From Squalus acanthias (lineage: Eukaryota), in NCBI GenBank assembly GCA_030390025.1, contig CM059432.1:153452001-153516000 (forward strand): DNA of 64,000 nucleotides. The letters are read 5' to 3'. Positions 1-12,405 of the stretch are shown here, piece by piece. Each line of letters starts with the position of its first letter. Positions within the stretch are counted from its first letter, which is position 1. Below the pieces are notes generated by a model that was not told the DNA's origin, did no database searches, and saw nothing but the letters and a program-made list of their open reading frames with translations. A program made the position numbers and the translations under genes.

Positions 1-1299
1 CCCAACCTGCTCAACCTTTCTTCATAAGACAACCCCTTCATCTCCGGAATCAACCTCGTGAACTTTCTCTGAACTGTCTCCAATGCAAGTATATCCTTCC
101 TTAAATAAGGAGACCAAAACTGTACGCAGTACTCCAGGTGTGGTCTCACCAACGCCTTGTACAGTTGTAACAGGACTTCCCTACTTTTATACTCCATTCC
201 CTTTGCAATAAAGGCCAACATTCCATTTGCCTTCCTAATTACTTGCTGTACCTGCATGCTAACTTTTTGTGATTCATGTACAAGGACCCCCAGATCCCTC
301 TGTACCTCAGCATTTTGTAATCTCTCCCCATTTAAATAATAGTTTGCTTTTTTATTTTTCCTACCAAAGTGGATAACCTCGCATTTTCCCACATTAAACT
401 CCATCTGCCAGATTTTTGCCCACTCACTTAGCCTATCTATATCCCTTTGGAGATTCTTTGCATCCTCCACACAATCTGCTTTCCCACCTATCTTTGTATC
501 ATCAGCAAATTTGGCTACATTACACTCAGTCCCTTCATCCAAGTTATTAATATAGATTGTAAATAGTTGAGGCCCCAGCACTGATCCCTGCGGCACCCCA
601 CTAGTTACAGTTTGCCAACCTGAAAATTACCCATTTATCCCGACTCTCTGTTTTCTGTTAGTTAGCCAATCCTCTATCCATGTTAATATATTACCCCCAA
701 CCCCGTGAGCTCTTATTTGTGCAGTAACCTTTTATGTGGCACCTTATTAAATGCCTTCTGGAAATCCAAATACACGACATCTACTGGTTCCCCTTTATCC
801 ACCCTGCTCGTTACATCCTCAAAGAATTCCAGCAAATTTGTCAAACATGATTTCCCTTTCATAAAACCATGCTGACTCTGCTTGACTATATTATGATTTT
901 CTAAATGTCCTGCTACCACTTCCTTAATTCGCTCCAGCATTTTCCCAATGACAGATGTTAGGCTAACTGGTCGATAGTTGCCTGCTTTCTGTCTCCCACT
1001 TTTCTTAAATAGGGGCGTTACATTTGCGGTTTTCCAGTCCGCTGGGACCTCTCCAGAATCCAGGGAATTTTGGTAGATTACAACCAATGCATCCACTATC
1101 TCTACAGCCACCTCTTTTAAGACCCTAGGATGCAGGCCATTGGGTCCAGGGGACTTGTCCACCTTTAGTCCCATTAGTTTGCCTAGTACTTTCTCTCTAG
1201 TGATAGTGATTGTTTTACGTTCCTCCCCCACCCCAATAGCCCCTTGATTATCCATTATTGGGATGCTTTTAGTGTCTTCTACCGTGAAGACCGATACAA
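1..1299 (-). mobile_element. CR1 LINE ORF2 fragment (RT region), degenerate, runs off the window start
   Basis: ORF 713..1255(-) has [50 protein letters not shown] and YLDFQKAF; downstream KFADDTK on the minus strand. It abuts Harbinger sequence at ~1300. Confidence 0.95.
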
Positions 1300-1338
1300 T
1301 TATTTAAAGGCTTGTGCTCACAACACTTGCTCACAGTC

Positions 1339-2528
1339 ATGAGGGCTGTACTGGCCGTCCCCCTCGTGCTCGAGTATCTTAGGGAGAGGGAGCGGAGGCA
1401 GCGAAGAAGAGGAGAAGATGCTCACAGAGGGAGGAGGAGGGTCAGGAGGGCTCTCAACAGGGGGCCTTACCCACCTAGGGTCTGTCGCGATCACTTCTCT
1501 TATATCCACTTAAGCGAGGGGCAGTGTATTAGGTGGCTTCGCTTCACCAAGGAGGTGGTCACAGAACTCTGCCACCTCCTGCAACCAGACCTGCAGCCTG
1601 AGAGCAGGGCGAACACGGCTCTCCCAGTGGCATCAAGGTCACCGTGGCCCTCAATTTCTTCACCAGCGGATCCTTCCAGTCTGCAGCAGGAGACATAGCT
1701 AACGTAGCTCACAGGTCGTCGCCCATTGCTGCATTCGGGAGGTCACAGAGGCTCTCTACACCCGGAGAAAGGACTACGTTTTCTTCTCTCTAAGCAGAGA
1801 GAAACAGGACGAATGGCATGTGGCTTTGCCAGAATAGCGGGTTTCCCATGGAGCAGGGCGCCATCGACTGCACCCACGTGGCTTTGCGGGCGCCGCATAA
1901 CAATCCTGAGATCTTCCGTAACCACAAAGGCTGCCGCTTACTTAATGTGCAGTTAGTGTGCAATCACGCCCAGCGCTTCCTGATGGACAATGCCCGCTAT
2001 CCTGGCAGCAGTCAAGATGGCTTCATCCTGCGTCAGTCCAGTGTGCCAGCAATCTTTCCGTCAGCACATGAAACTCGAGGGTGGCTGCTCGGAGGCAAGG
2101 GCTATCCACTCTGCACCAGGCTGATGACTCCCCTCCGCAACCCCACCACTCGTGTCTAGCACTCCTATAATGAGAGCCATGCTGCCACCAGGAACATCAT
2201 CGAGCAGACCATCGGGCTACGATTCTGCTGCCTTGACCGCTCGGGAGGAGCCCTCCAGTACTCGGTGGAGCAGGTGTCCCATTCCGTGGTGGTCTGCTGC
2301 ATGCTTCACAACTTGGTCATCATGAGGTCGCAGCCCTTGCTACCAGGAATTGTGGGACCACCTCAGGAGGAGGACGATGGAGAGGAGGAGGTGGAGGAGG
2401 AGGAGGAGGAAGAGGAAGATGAGCAAGAGGAAGAGGAAGAGGAAGAAGAGAAAGGGAGGGGGCAGGCAGCAAATCCCTCTTCCGGATGTGCTGTCCGTGA
2501 ACGACTCATCAGACTCCGATTCCAATGA
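1339..2528 (+). pseudogene. Harbinger (HARBI1-like) DDE transposase, frameshifted
   Basis: [65 protein letters not shown] (catalytic D replaced by G), RNIIEQTIG, VVVCCMLHN and a poly-E tail, split across frames. Confidence 0.92.
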
Positions 2529-2731
2529 ATGAAACGTCAAATCCCCATTGCTCACCACATCCCCATCATACCATCCCTCTGACATGGAATATTACAGCGT
2601 CCTCCTGGGCACAAAGCTGAAATGAGAGCCACCACAAAAGATTCCAAACAAAATTAATAAATTCATCAAAAATCAATTTATACGTACGATATGAACTAAT
2701 CACCCTTGTGCAGTCCCTTAGTGTCTATGGT

Positions 2732-5008
2732 TCAGGTGCCCTTTCCTGATCTAGTGCTCCTACGAAGTGCTCCCTGAGTGGCTGCAGCATGGCTGGTGGA
2801 AGGCTGCTGAGTATCCATGGGGGAGACTTCCGATGGCCTTGCAGGATGACCTCGAGCAGCTCTGGGCCTAGAAGCCCACCTTGGCATGGGCAGCAGTAGT
2901 CTGGGCTGGCTGGCTGATAGGCAGCGGCAAGGGCAATGGCGGACTGGCAATGGTGCGAACAGGAATGCTGTCATCCTGAGATGGGACAGCAGGGTCCTGC
3001 TCCCGGGGCGGCGCTTCAGCATTCCTAGCAATCTGTTGGAGCACAGATTGCTGGGCTGCTGCGACACCCTGAAAGCCCCGGTCGACTGTGGTAAACCCAG
3101 CCACGATGGCAGCAGTCAGAGCTTGGGTGACAGCAAGCTGAGACTTCACGAGAGCGGTCTGCGCTTCCGCTGCAGCACTAGGATATTGGGTCGCTTCCGC
3201 CTGTGCTGCAATGGCAGCCGCGACATCGCCCATCACACACGCAGCATCATGTCCGGGTTGACACGGTCCCTTAAGGAATTTTCCATCATTTCGAGCCAGG
3301 AAATCCTGGGCTCCAAGCTCTGCCCAGAGCCCCGTGCAATATTGGAGATGGACTCCTCCATGCTCCTTGACATTGCCAAGAGGCTCTCTGGCAGGCCTAC
3401 CATTGCACCTAGCAATTCAGCGTGCATGCCCATCACCCTTCTTCTGAAGGCTGCCCCATCGAGGTCCTCATCTGAGTCCTGTGCAGCAAAACTCGCCCGG
3501 GAACTCGCCCTCCAGGGAGTTGGCCCCCAAGCTTCCTTTTTCCCCTGGCCTTGCTGCAGCCCACTCGTGCCCGGTGCCTCACCCTGTGCAGACCCCGTTT
3601 CTACACTAGCCTCTAAAGTACGCACAGTGCCAGTTTCTGAGCTGGTGTCTGCGAGTAACAGATGCAGTGACACTGTGTCTTCTTCTTCTTCTCCCCCCTC
3701 GCTCTCCTGCATCGCCTCAGGGACAGGCTGCTCAGGTGCTTTGTCTTGATTCGTTGAAATCAGAAAGGCACAAGAGTTGGGTTATGGTGAGGGGATGGGG
3801 GGGAAGCAAGATATGTACGCATACAGCATCAGCAGACGAGATGAGGGGAAAGTGGGATTTGAGAAGAAGGATTAGGAATGAGCATACCGTTGTTGTCCCC
3901 AAGGGGTTCAATTTACTGCTGTATATTGGAGCCCAGTGTTTGTAGAACCTCAGTCAGAACTTTAATGATGGAACCTATCCCTAAGCTTAGGACTCAGCCA
4001 AGGTGGGGCTCCACAGTAGAGGGCATAGTGTGGCAATGGTCTCCATGGTGATCTGCAACTTAGATGGTCAGGAAGCATGGAACAGATGTGGGTTGTGGAC
4101 TTTTCCGCTGACGACCCCAAGTGCTGAGCCTGCTTGGCTCACTCTCAAATGGCTGCATGAACTACTGATGCAGAGGAAGGTGCCCTTGAGCTGGTCCTCT
4201 GGCCAGCAAGTTGTGGCTCCTCTAAATCTACCTCTGCTTACTTCTCATCATATGTGCTCCGTGCTTCACCAAGTGCTCACTAATTGACCTCCCTGCAGTC
4301 AATATATCTGCTGTGGTGCTGTAGGAGTAGATGGCACTCGGTGCTGTGAGGTGCTCAACTGGGCCAGGACTTTGGACTCAACCATCTTTTCCTCTTGGAC
4401 ACCTAGAGGAGCAGAAGAAAAACATATTTTACAAAGCTGGCAGTAAGACAGCCTTACATACCAAAACATTATAGGGTGTTATGCTGCAGTGTATGTCTAT
4501 GTGTGAGGGAGTGAATGAGTGAGTACGTAAGGAAGTAAAAAATTAAAAGCAAAGGATGACACTAGCCATGAGGAACATGCAGGTAGCTTATGCTGTCAGA
4601 GCAATTGATGTTTGTTGTTTGCATCATTTAATGGGACACAGGACAAACACAATGTCATGACAGTAATGCAAAGTGCAAATTTAAAACCTGGGCATGTCTG
4701 TGCATTTGAAGCGGTGTTCAGAGCACTGGGAATTCTCTCTGAGATGCTGCACCAAGTCAACAGTAAAGTGCTGTTAAGGTTCAGTATAAGACAACAGTGT
4801 GAAATGAAGCACAATATGAGCAGTACATACCTTGACAACCTTCCCGAGATCACCGAACCTCTTCCTCATCTGCTCCCAGGTTCAGGGGAAAAGTGGCACA
4901 GCATTTACGCTTGCTTCTTTGGCACTGATCTTAACTGCACCTCAGCTCCAAAAAGGCCACCCTTCTTTCCAGGACTTCCTGTAGCTCCAGCGATTTCTCT
5001 CCTAGCAT
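2732..5008 (-). pseudogene. Harbinger Myb/SANT-like DNA-binding partner gene remnant, intron-containing
   Basis: Minus strand ~4831-4880 reads WEQMRKRFGDLGKVVK followed by donor GTATGT. Further splice-like signals: acceptor ~4402, donor GTATGC ~3887, acceptor ~3750. Last exon has an acidic segment then an Ala-rich coiled-coil-like segment (ORFs 3233..3712 and 2868..3236). Confidence 0.65.
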
Positions 5009-5309
5009 AGCTGTAAGGGTGAGCCTTTTAAGAACAGCTGTGCACATAACCTGCCCAATCCCTGCTCGCTCCCTGCGCGCAGTGCACTGGGCACCCTGAG
5101 GCTATGTAATAAGCTGACCTCACTTTAAGGCATGAGGTTAAGTCAGTGCAGGGCAGGTGCATCAATGCCCAAGAGCAGAGGTGTCAGTGTTACTATGCTC
5201 AGATCACATTAGCACCTTCATAAGGTAAAAAGAATTGTCCATTACCATTAATACCAAGATACCATTTTGCATTGTATTATTATTGACAAATATACCCTTA
5301 AAAAGAATG

Positions 5310-5762
5310 AAAGAACGTACACTTGCCTTTATATCGCGCTTTTCACAACCTCAGGACATCACAAAGTGCTTTACAGCCAATTAAGTACTTTTGAAGTGTA
5401 GTCACTGTTGTAATGTAGGAAATGTGCCAGCCAATATGCGCACAGCAAGCTCCCTCAAACAGCAAAGTGATAATGACCAGATAGTCTGTTTTAGTGATGT
5501 TGGTTGAGGGATAAACATTGGCCAGGACACCAGAGAACTCCCCTGCGCTTTGAAATAGTGCCATGGATCTTTTACATCCACCTGAGGGCAGATGGGGCCT
5601 CGGTTTAACGCCTCATCCGAAAGACGGCACCCCTGACAGTGCAGCACTCCCTCGATACTGCACTAGAGTCTCAGATTAGATTTTGTGCTCAACTCTCTGG
5701 AATAGGACTCGAACCCAGGACCTTCTGACTCAGAGGCAAGAGTGCTATCAACTGAGCCATGA
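5310..5762 (-). mobile_element. tRNA-derived Deu-domain SINE (SacSINE1/AmnSINE-like), near full length
   Basis: Reverse complement starts TGGCTCAGTTG (A box) and has GGGTTCGAGTCC (B box), core GAGGGAGTGCTGCACTGTC..GTCTTTCGGATGAG..TTAAACCGAGGCCCC, and L2-type tail AAAGCACTTTG..GTGAAAAGCGCGATATAAA. Confidence 0.85.
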
Positions 5763-6510
5763 CTGACAAGAAAACAGATTACAAGTATTACAAAGAAGAT
5801 AATTTGTAATTTTAAAGAAAGTTTTTTTATTTTCCATCTTGCACTTTGCAAGCAGTCACTGAGTAAAGCAATACTAAGAGGCACGGTGATTTCCCTACAC
5901 TGTCCTCACAATGCAGTTTGCTGAACTACCAGTGTCAAGAGCTCCTCCTATTGAACTGGTCTCACATTTCCAGACTGTTTACCTCAGTGATCTATCTGTG
6001 TGGAATGTCTGCATTAGCGCCAATTAGTGCAGTTTATGGTTAGTCCTGTGCAATTTACAGGATTAGGAAGAACAAAGCTCATTTGAAAGGAAATCTTAAA
6101 AGGGAACTCCAGCCCATCTATTATCATGTAACACTTGCACAAGTGGTAAAGGTTAAAACATGAGTGGTAGAAGCAGAGTCTATGTCTAGCTCGCAAGTAT
6201 TGTATAATCTTTGTCCCTTTTCTAGGGTAACACTGTACTAAGCTATGTTAGGAATTGCCGGCCACTTCTATGAAGCAGCTGACAATCTGTCACAATTTTG
6301 AGACCAATGTCACCATAAAAAACACGTCATAACCAACTCTGACCATTTTGTCTTTCCTTTACTTGCAGCTGCTCCGTTTCCCTTTTCAATCACTGCTCTC
6401 TGCTACTTCACATTTCCTCTTCAAGCCCTTGTCCACTCAGTGGGCTGGATTTTCTCAGCCCCGAGGAGGCGGGACTGCCGGTAAAGTTGCAGAAAGTGGG
6501 GGCGGATGGC

Positions 6511-6915
6511 AAACATAGAAACATAGAAACATAGAATCTAGGAGCAGGAGTAGGCCATTCGGCCCGTCGAGCCTGCTCCGCCATTCAATACGATCATGGC
6601 TGATCATCCAATCCAGTACCCTGTCCCTGCTTTAATCCCCACAGTACACATATCCCACCCTACCCCCGTAACCCCACGTATTTAATTCCCCCTAACATAT
6701 CCCATCCTATCCCCATAACCCCACATATTTAATCCCCCCTAACACTAAGGGTCAATTTATCATAGCCAAATCAACCTAACCCACACATTTTTGGACTGTG
6801 GGAGGAAACCGGAGCACCCGGAGGAAACCCACGCAGACACGGGGAGAATGTGCAAACTCCACACAGACAGTCACCCGAGGTCAGATTCGAACCCGGGTCT
6901 CTGGCGCTGTGAGGC
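6511..6915 (-). mobile_element. HE1-like V-SINE with CR1-derived tail, 5'-truncated
   Basis: V domain TGTGTGGAGTTTGCACATTCTCCCCGTGTCTGCGTGGGTTTCCTCCGGGTGCTCCGGTTTCCTCCCAC on the minus strand; tail GATCAGCCATGATC..GGCCTACTCCTGCTCC(TATGTTTC)n. Confidence 0.92.
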
Positions 6916-7369
6916 GCCCCCATCCTGCCTCCGTGCCCTTTTGCCAGGAGGCGGGAAGATGTGCTGCTTCGGGTCCAGTTTCCTGGAGGCGGGAAAGGGA
7001 TTAAATCCTTTTAACTGCCTGTTAACAGGTAGTTAACAGGCAGAAAAAAGGATTAATCCCATTTTACCTTTTCAGATGAAGGCTTCCCGACCTTGGAGAA
7101 ACCCGCCGGGTTGGAGGAGTTGAGTAGGAGGTCTGCGGGGCCTGAAAGTAAGATGTAGAGGTGAGTGATGGGTGCAAGTGTGGAGTGGTAAATATGTAAG
7201 GTGAGTGTTAAGTGTTAAAAAATGTTCACTTACCTTGGTTTCTGCCTACAGCCTTCATCTGCTCAGATTGGGAGTCCCGACATCTTCCTTGTAGATTTCA
7301 CAGACTGGCTGTTGGATCCTCCAAACCAACAGTCATCTGAAATCTACAAAGTAGAAAGGTTTGATGAGT

Positions 7370-7925
7370 CCTGAACACAATGCCTCATCAAACTATGGGG
7401 ACCAGGCAGGATTGTTACCTCCCAGTCGGGGAACACTTCAGCAGTCAAGGACATCCAGCCTCGGATCTGCAGGTTAGCGTTCTCCAAGGCGGCCTTCGAG
7501 ACACACGACAACGCAAAATCATCGAGCAGAAACTGATAGCCAAGTTCCGCACCCATGAGGACAGCCTCAATAGGGATATTGGGTTCATGTCACGCTACAG
7601 AACGTGACTCGACATCGTTGTCTGTCTTTCCAGTTTTTAAAAAAAACACACAAAAAAAAAGTTAAAAGCTCAACTGCAGACAGCAGGATTTGACACGTTG
7701 GACCCCCTGTGATCCATCTCATTGTCTTGGCTGTGCTCTGGTGTGTCTTTGAAGTAATGCTTCCCTGAAAGATTGTATCTCTGCAGTTTCTGTGTTTATA
7801 TACTGTGTAATATTGTAGATTCCTTCATTGCACCTTTACCTGACGAAGGGGCGACAGCTCCGAAAGCTTGTAATTTTAAATAAATCTGTTGGACTATAAC
7901 CTGGTGTTGTGCGACTTCTCATTTT
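7370..7925 (+). mobile_element. Penelope-like element 3' fragment: GIY-YIG endonuclease C-terminus plus terminal repeat
   Basis: ORF 7380..7607 LPVGEHFSSQGH..RKIIEQKLIAKFRTHEDSLNRDIGF resembles the C-terminus of PLE endonucleases; it is followed by a hammerhead-bearing repeat also seen at 15431, 38970 and 43127. Confidence 0.85.
7836..7873 (+). ncRNA. Minimal type I hammerhead ribozyme in PLE terminal repeat
   Basis: UUAC-CUGACGA-A-GGGGC(GACA)GCUCC-GAAA-GCUU-GUAA: conserved cores CUGANGA and GAAA, 5-bp stem II, stem I UUAC/GUAA, palindromic AAGCUU at stem III. Confidence 0.8.
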
Positions 7926-8347
7926 CATCAAACTACACAGAATGTCAGTGTTTGACAGCTTCACAGAGCTGTCAAAGGCTGACATTTCTTCTTTCAAGAA
8001 GTCTTGACAGATGGCACGTCAGTGACTTCCCCCTAATTGGGCTGCTGAGCCCGCAGGGCAGGCTTAACAAGGTCAATCAGGGGAAAATCCCGCTGGTTGG
8101 CCAGAAGATGATGGAGGCGGGACATAGACCTGACAAGCCGCAGTCCCGCCTCCAACTCGTCTCCATTCACAAAATCCAGCCCCATGTTTTGACGCTCAGA
8201 TCTCCCCCTCTGCTGCTCCATGCCTCCCCCTTCCCCCTCAGACCTTCCCCTTCGACAAGGGTCAAAAACAATAGTTTTCCAATTGCAACAGATACATCTA
8301 CTGGACCATTGATAAATATTTAATCGACTGCAGCTTAAAATTTGCCT

Positions 8348-8625
8348 GAAAGAGAGATGGAGAGAGACTGGGGGAGAAAGAGTGTGGAAGACAGAAGGGG
8401 AGTTACGAGAGAGCAGGAGACAGATGGAGAAAGAGAAAGAAATACAGAGAGAGGGAGTGATAGAGAGAGAAAAGGAGAAAGAGCTTGAGGGACAGAAATA
8501 GGGAGTGAGAGAGAGATAAAGTGAGAGACTGAGAGAGAGAGATATGGAAAGGGGGAGAAAGAGAAAGATGAAGGAGCAAAGAAAGTCAGACTGGGGAAAC
8601 AAGCTGGGAGTCAATGCAGAGAGAG
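8348..8625. repeat. GA-rich low-complexity / degenerate (GA)n tract
   Basis: Purine-rich run of GAGA/GAAA units; accounts for the spurious S/L-rich ORF 8033..8614(-). Confidence 0.85.
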
Positions 8626-9567
8626 CCTGTCCTGAGTATGGTTAGCTGTTCGCTTCTGGCTGGTTTATGCTGCAATGCTGTGGAGAATTCCAGCTTGTAA
8701 CATCACACCTAGGGTCACCAGTGCTGCTTGTTCCCGATAACAGTCCATAGCGACATTGTAAATACAACGGACTGCATAGGAGTCAAATTTCTAAAGCATT
8801 AAAATGTCATAAAATGAGTGAAGGTCATTTTTATTGCAAACTGTAAATATATACTGTACTGTATTTGCTACTTGTTAAAAAGTAGGCTTCCTTTGAGGGA
8901 TGTTAATTGCTCCATTCACTTACTGTCTTCTTCTGGGTAATTTGGCACATCTCTGTCATCTGGTTTCCTGTTCAGTAATAAGATGGTTATGTTTTTATAA
9001 CACAACCCATATTTATGAGCTTTGAACACACGTTTGACTGGGAACACCACAAAAAACCAGCTGAGGTGTCAGGTTTTTTTTCTCCCCAATAAAATGATTA
9101 TGTTTTGAAGACAACTTATAAGTGATAGAATTGGGCACAGCCCTACTGAAAGGCAAAACGAGTGCTCCCACTGTTAAAGGGACAAACCAGAAAAAAATAA
9201 AGGGAGAGGGGCTGAGCTGAAGGTCTGAACTGAGATAATGAAAACAAAACGTTTCCTGTTTCAAGGTAAGCTCTTCTGCTTCTTTGCTGTCCTTTGTACC
9301 AATAAAAAAGAGAACCAGGTGGAAGGTATGAGCAAAACACTTTTATTTTTCAAGTTAATCGGATGACATTTTGGTAACAGTTGGTTAATATTTCTGACCT
9401 GAAATCTATTTAATTTTACACAACACTTGGCATGTGATTGAAATATTTAATCTGTGCTTTTTTTTTTAAAAAAAGGCTGTTGGGAGATGACACCTTCAGT
9501 TATCTGTCTTGACTTAGTTTCACAGAAGTGAAAGTGTGCTGTTCAATGCAGCCTTTCTGGAAAGTTT

Positions 9568-10740
9568 CATAGAAACATAGAAACATAGGGGGAAAAATTG
9601 AGTCGCGCCCCATTTGGGGCGCTAACCTCGCCGCGCCGGAACTTCAGTGGTTGCGCCCCAAGAGGGAAGCGGGGCGCCACTGGAAGCACCCCGCATCCCT
9701 CTTGGGGCGCTGCGAGGGAATATCCTGGCGCTACGTGCCGCAGCGCCACGCGCTGCGGCACGTCGCGCCGCGGTATTGCAGGCCTTCCTCCCCTTCTTAA
9801 AGGGGAGGGACCCTGCGCAGCGCGAACCGGGGCCCAGCTGGGCCCCCAGGGATCGGGAGTGCCGGCAAAAGAGCCCGGCACTCAAGAGAAGTGCCGGGCT
9901 CTTGGAGCGCAGCCGGCACTTCGCGGTGGGGGGGCTTCACGGGGGCCGGGGACAGCAACGGGGGCAGGTGCTGGCAGGCGGCCAGCAACAAAAATGGCCG
10001 CCTGCCACCTCCCCTTTAAATATCGCCGCCCCGGCCGCACGTACGCCTCCCTGAACCCGTCGGACATAGCGTCTGGCGGTAAATCAGGGGGCGCGACTGA
10101 AGATCACGGCCGGGGCGCGAGCGGGGTGCTGCGCACGGCGATGACGTCATCGCCGGCGGCGCAGCGCCACAGGGCGCTACCGGCTGCCGCCGCCGCTAAC
10201 CTCCCACTGAATTTTTCGGGAGGCGTGGGCGGCGCTGCGCCCGGGCGTTAGCTGCTTTACGCCCCATTAGCGCCCTCTTAAGGCGCTAACGGGAGGCGCA
10301 AGCAGCTGAATTTTTCCCCCATAGAATCTAGGAGCAGGAGTAGGCCATTCGGCCCTTCGAGCCTGTTCCACCATTCAATACGATCATGGCTGATCATCCA
10401 AATCCAGTACCCTGTCCCTGCTTTAATCCCCACAGTACACATATCCCACACTACCCCTGTATCCCCACATATTTAATTCCCCCTAACATATCCCATCCTA
10501 TCCCCATAACCCCACATATTTAATCCCCCCCTAACACTAAGGGTCAATTTATCATAGCCAAATCAATCTAACCCGCACATTTTTGGACTGTGGGAGGAAA
10601 CCGGAGCACCCGGAGGAAACCCACGCAGACACGGGGAGAATGTGCAAACTCCACACAGACAGTCACCCGAGGTCAGATTCGAACCCGGGTCTCTGGCGCT
10701 GTGAGGCACCAGTGCTAACCACTATGCCACCGTGTTGCCC
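9568..10740 (-). mobile_element. Full-length HE1-like V-SINE, tail interrupted by a Harbinger MITE
   Basis: 5' end GGGCAACACGGTGGCATAGTGGTTAGCAC (A box), GGGTTCGAATC (B box), V domain and CR1-like tail; the (TATGTTTC)n tail is split by 9588..10320. Confidence 0.93.
9588..10320. mobile_element. Harbinger MITE, GC-rich type I
   Basis: TIR GGGGGAAAAATT / AATTTTTCCCCC; 3-bp TSD ATA; near-identical to 19538..20310. Confidence 0.92.
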
Positions 10741-12272
10741 TTGTTGAGCAAATGCTCAGGATTTGTGTCTGAGCCCTAAGAAAAGTAATGTCACTACAAT
10801 CCAGGAATGTCATGCCGGGGGACATTCTGCATCATGAATCAAGCAAATAGCAAACAAGTACATGACAAAATGTGACACATTTCCCGCCGCCCCCCCCCCC
10901 TCCCCACCCCCTGTCGCTGCATATTACAAAAATTACATCATTAGGTCATCTTTCAAGCTGAGAAATGGACAGCAGACAGAAAGAATAGATGGAGAAGAAT
11001 TTATTCAGGGAATTAGATGCCCTTATTACTGAAAGATCTGGAAAGGGAGCCAAGAATGTTAGTATTTCACAAAATTAGTACAGTCGGTGCATTCCTTGCA
11101 AATAAGGCCTCAGATCCCCTTGGCAGCTTCTGCAACCTCACAATAGAGGATTAATTTATAAATTCTGTTCAGCTTGTACCTCCAGCAGAACATAAGAGAA
11201 TCCTAACAAACTGCACTGAACAAATGTTGGCCTAGTGGCATGCTTAAAATCATGACTGCCTCAACTCTATTTATCAAAAGCAAACCAATTCCGTCCAGGG
11301 GACTAAGTCCTTTTGAAGACAGAAAGGTCCATCCTGTGGGCACAAAGCAATCTATGGTATGCTGCATAAAGTTTGAGCAGATAAACGTTGACTTGAATCA
11401 ACAGTATTGAAATTTAACAACAAGCTGTTTTATGGACGACTACTTTAAAAGTTTTTGTTTCTTTTGGCAGGGAATGAAACCATTATTGCATCAGTCTCCT
11501 GTCACATTACTTCAACAATAAATTTTACTTATTAGCTTTTTTTTAACTAGAACCCCCCCTCCCCCCCCCCACAAACAAGGAACTATCAGCATGATAAGAA
11601 GTTCAAAGTAATCCAAGAATGTTACCAACGGGAACGGAAAAGCTATGAGCTGTACCTCACGTAAATCCACTCAATGATTTCATCCCGCATGACAGTGCAG
11701 ACCTATTCCTGTATAACTGACTACGCAGAACTTTCTCGCTCTGGACAGACATGAAAACACATGCATTGAAAATGGATCCTTTTGCTCAGCCCATACAGAT
11801 AATTTGGGTGGGGGAAGATGATCTCTTGTCAGAGCTGCATTTCACAGATCAAAGAAAACCATTTATTGAAACCATTTGTGACATTCAAGGATTCACTTAA
11901 GTGATCTAGATTGTAATACTAAGTGTACAAGGAATTAAATGGCTCCAGCTCACTGAACAAATGGCAAGATAGAAGGGATTGTAATGCAGACCACATTTTG
12001 CCTTATGAAAATTATTTTTATGGTATTCATATCTTTTTTCTCGAGCTGAGCTGTTATTTTAATAACACAACACTGATACGAGATTTTAAAAGATCATATT
12101 ATTTGCAACTAGGTGAATTTAACCCTTACAGGGCACTGGGTTCACTCCTTGTGCTGCCGATGAATTCACAGAATCATACAGCACGGAAGGAGGCCATTCG
12201 TCCCATCGTGTCTGTGCCGGCTCTTTGAAAGAGCTATCCAATTAGTCCGGCCCCTTGCTCTTTCCACATAGC

Positions 12273-12405
12273 CAATGTTCCCACTAATTTTTTTTGGGTG
12301 CGCTGTCCATTCACAGTTTCGCGATGCGCAAAATTTAACATTGGAAAAGCTGGTCCCGGTTTGTGAGGGACCATCAGAGAGCTGCGCAGCTTAGAGGGAA
12401 TGTTG
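12273..12405. mobile_element. hAT-type MITE (133 bp)
   Basis: TIR CAATGTTCCC / GGGAATGTTG; perfect 8-bp TSD CACATAGC (12265-12272 and 12406-12413). Confidence 0.88.

Larger units (their letters stand above)
1300..5240 (+). mobile_element. Degenerate PIF/Harbinger transposon: transposase (+) convergent with a spliced Myb/SANT partner gene (-); ends not resolved
   Basis: Transposase motifs at 1339-2528; AATAAA at ~2655; minus-strand coiled-coil coding at 2732-3749; Myb-like exon at ~4831-5008. No left TIR visible. The right part may come from a second element. Confidence 0.75.
6442..8182. mobile_element. Non-autonomous Harbinger-type element with nested V-SINE and Penelope fragment
   Basis: 12-bp TIR GGGCTGGATTTT (6442) / AAAATCCAGCCC (8171-8182), identical to the TIR of 58168..58837; repeated GGAGGCGGG/CCCGCCTCC subterminal motifs; TSD not preserved. 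Confidence 0.7.

Noticed and set aside
2886..3749. 287-aa plus-strand ORF
   Set aside because: Antisense shadow of the minus-strand Harbinger partner-gene exon.
8033..8614. 193-aa S/L-rich membrane-like ORF
   Set aside because: Translation of a (TC)-rich low-complexity tract.
9567..10251. Long GC-rich ORFs (also 19572-20241)
   Set aside because: They lie wholly within MITEs, are open on both strands because of high GC, and show no domain motifs.
10670..10740. tRNA gene (also 5700-5762 and 16254-16345)
   Set aside because: The A/B boxes are SINE heads continuous with SINE bodies; no complete cloverleaf.
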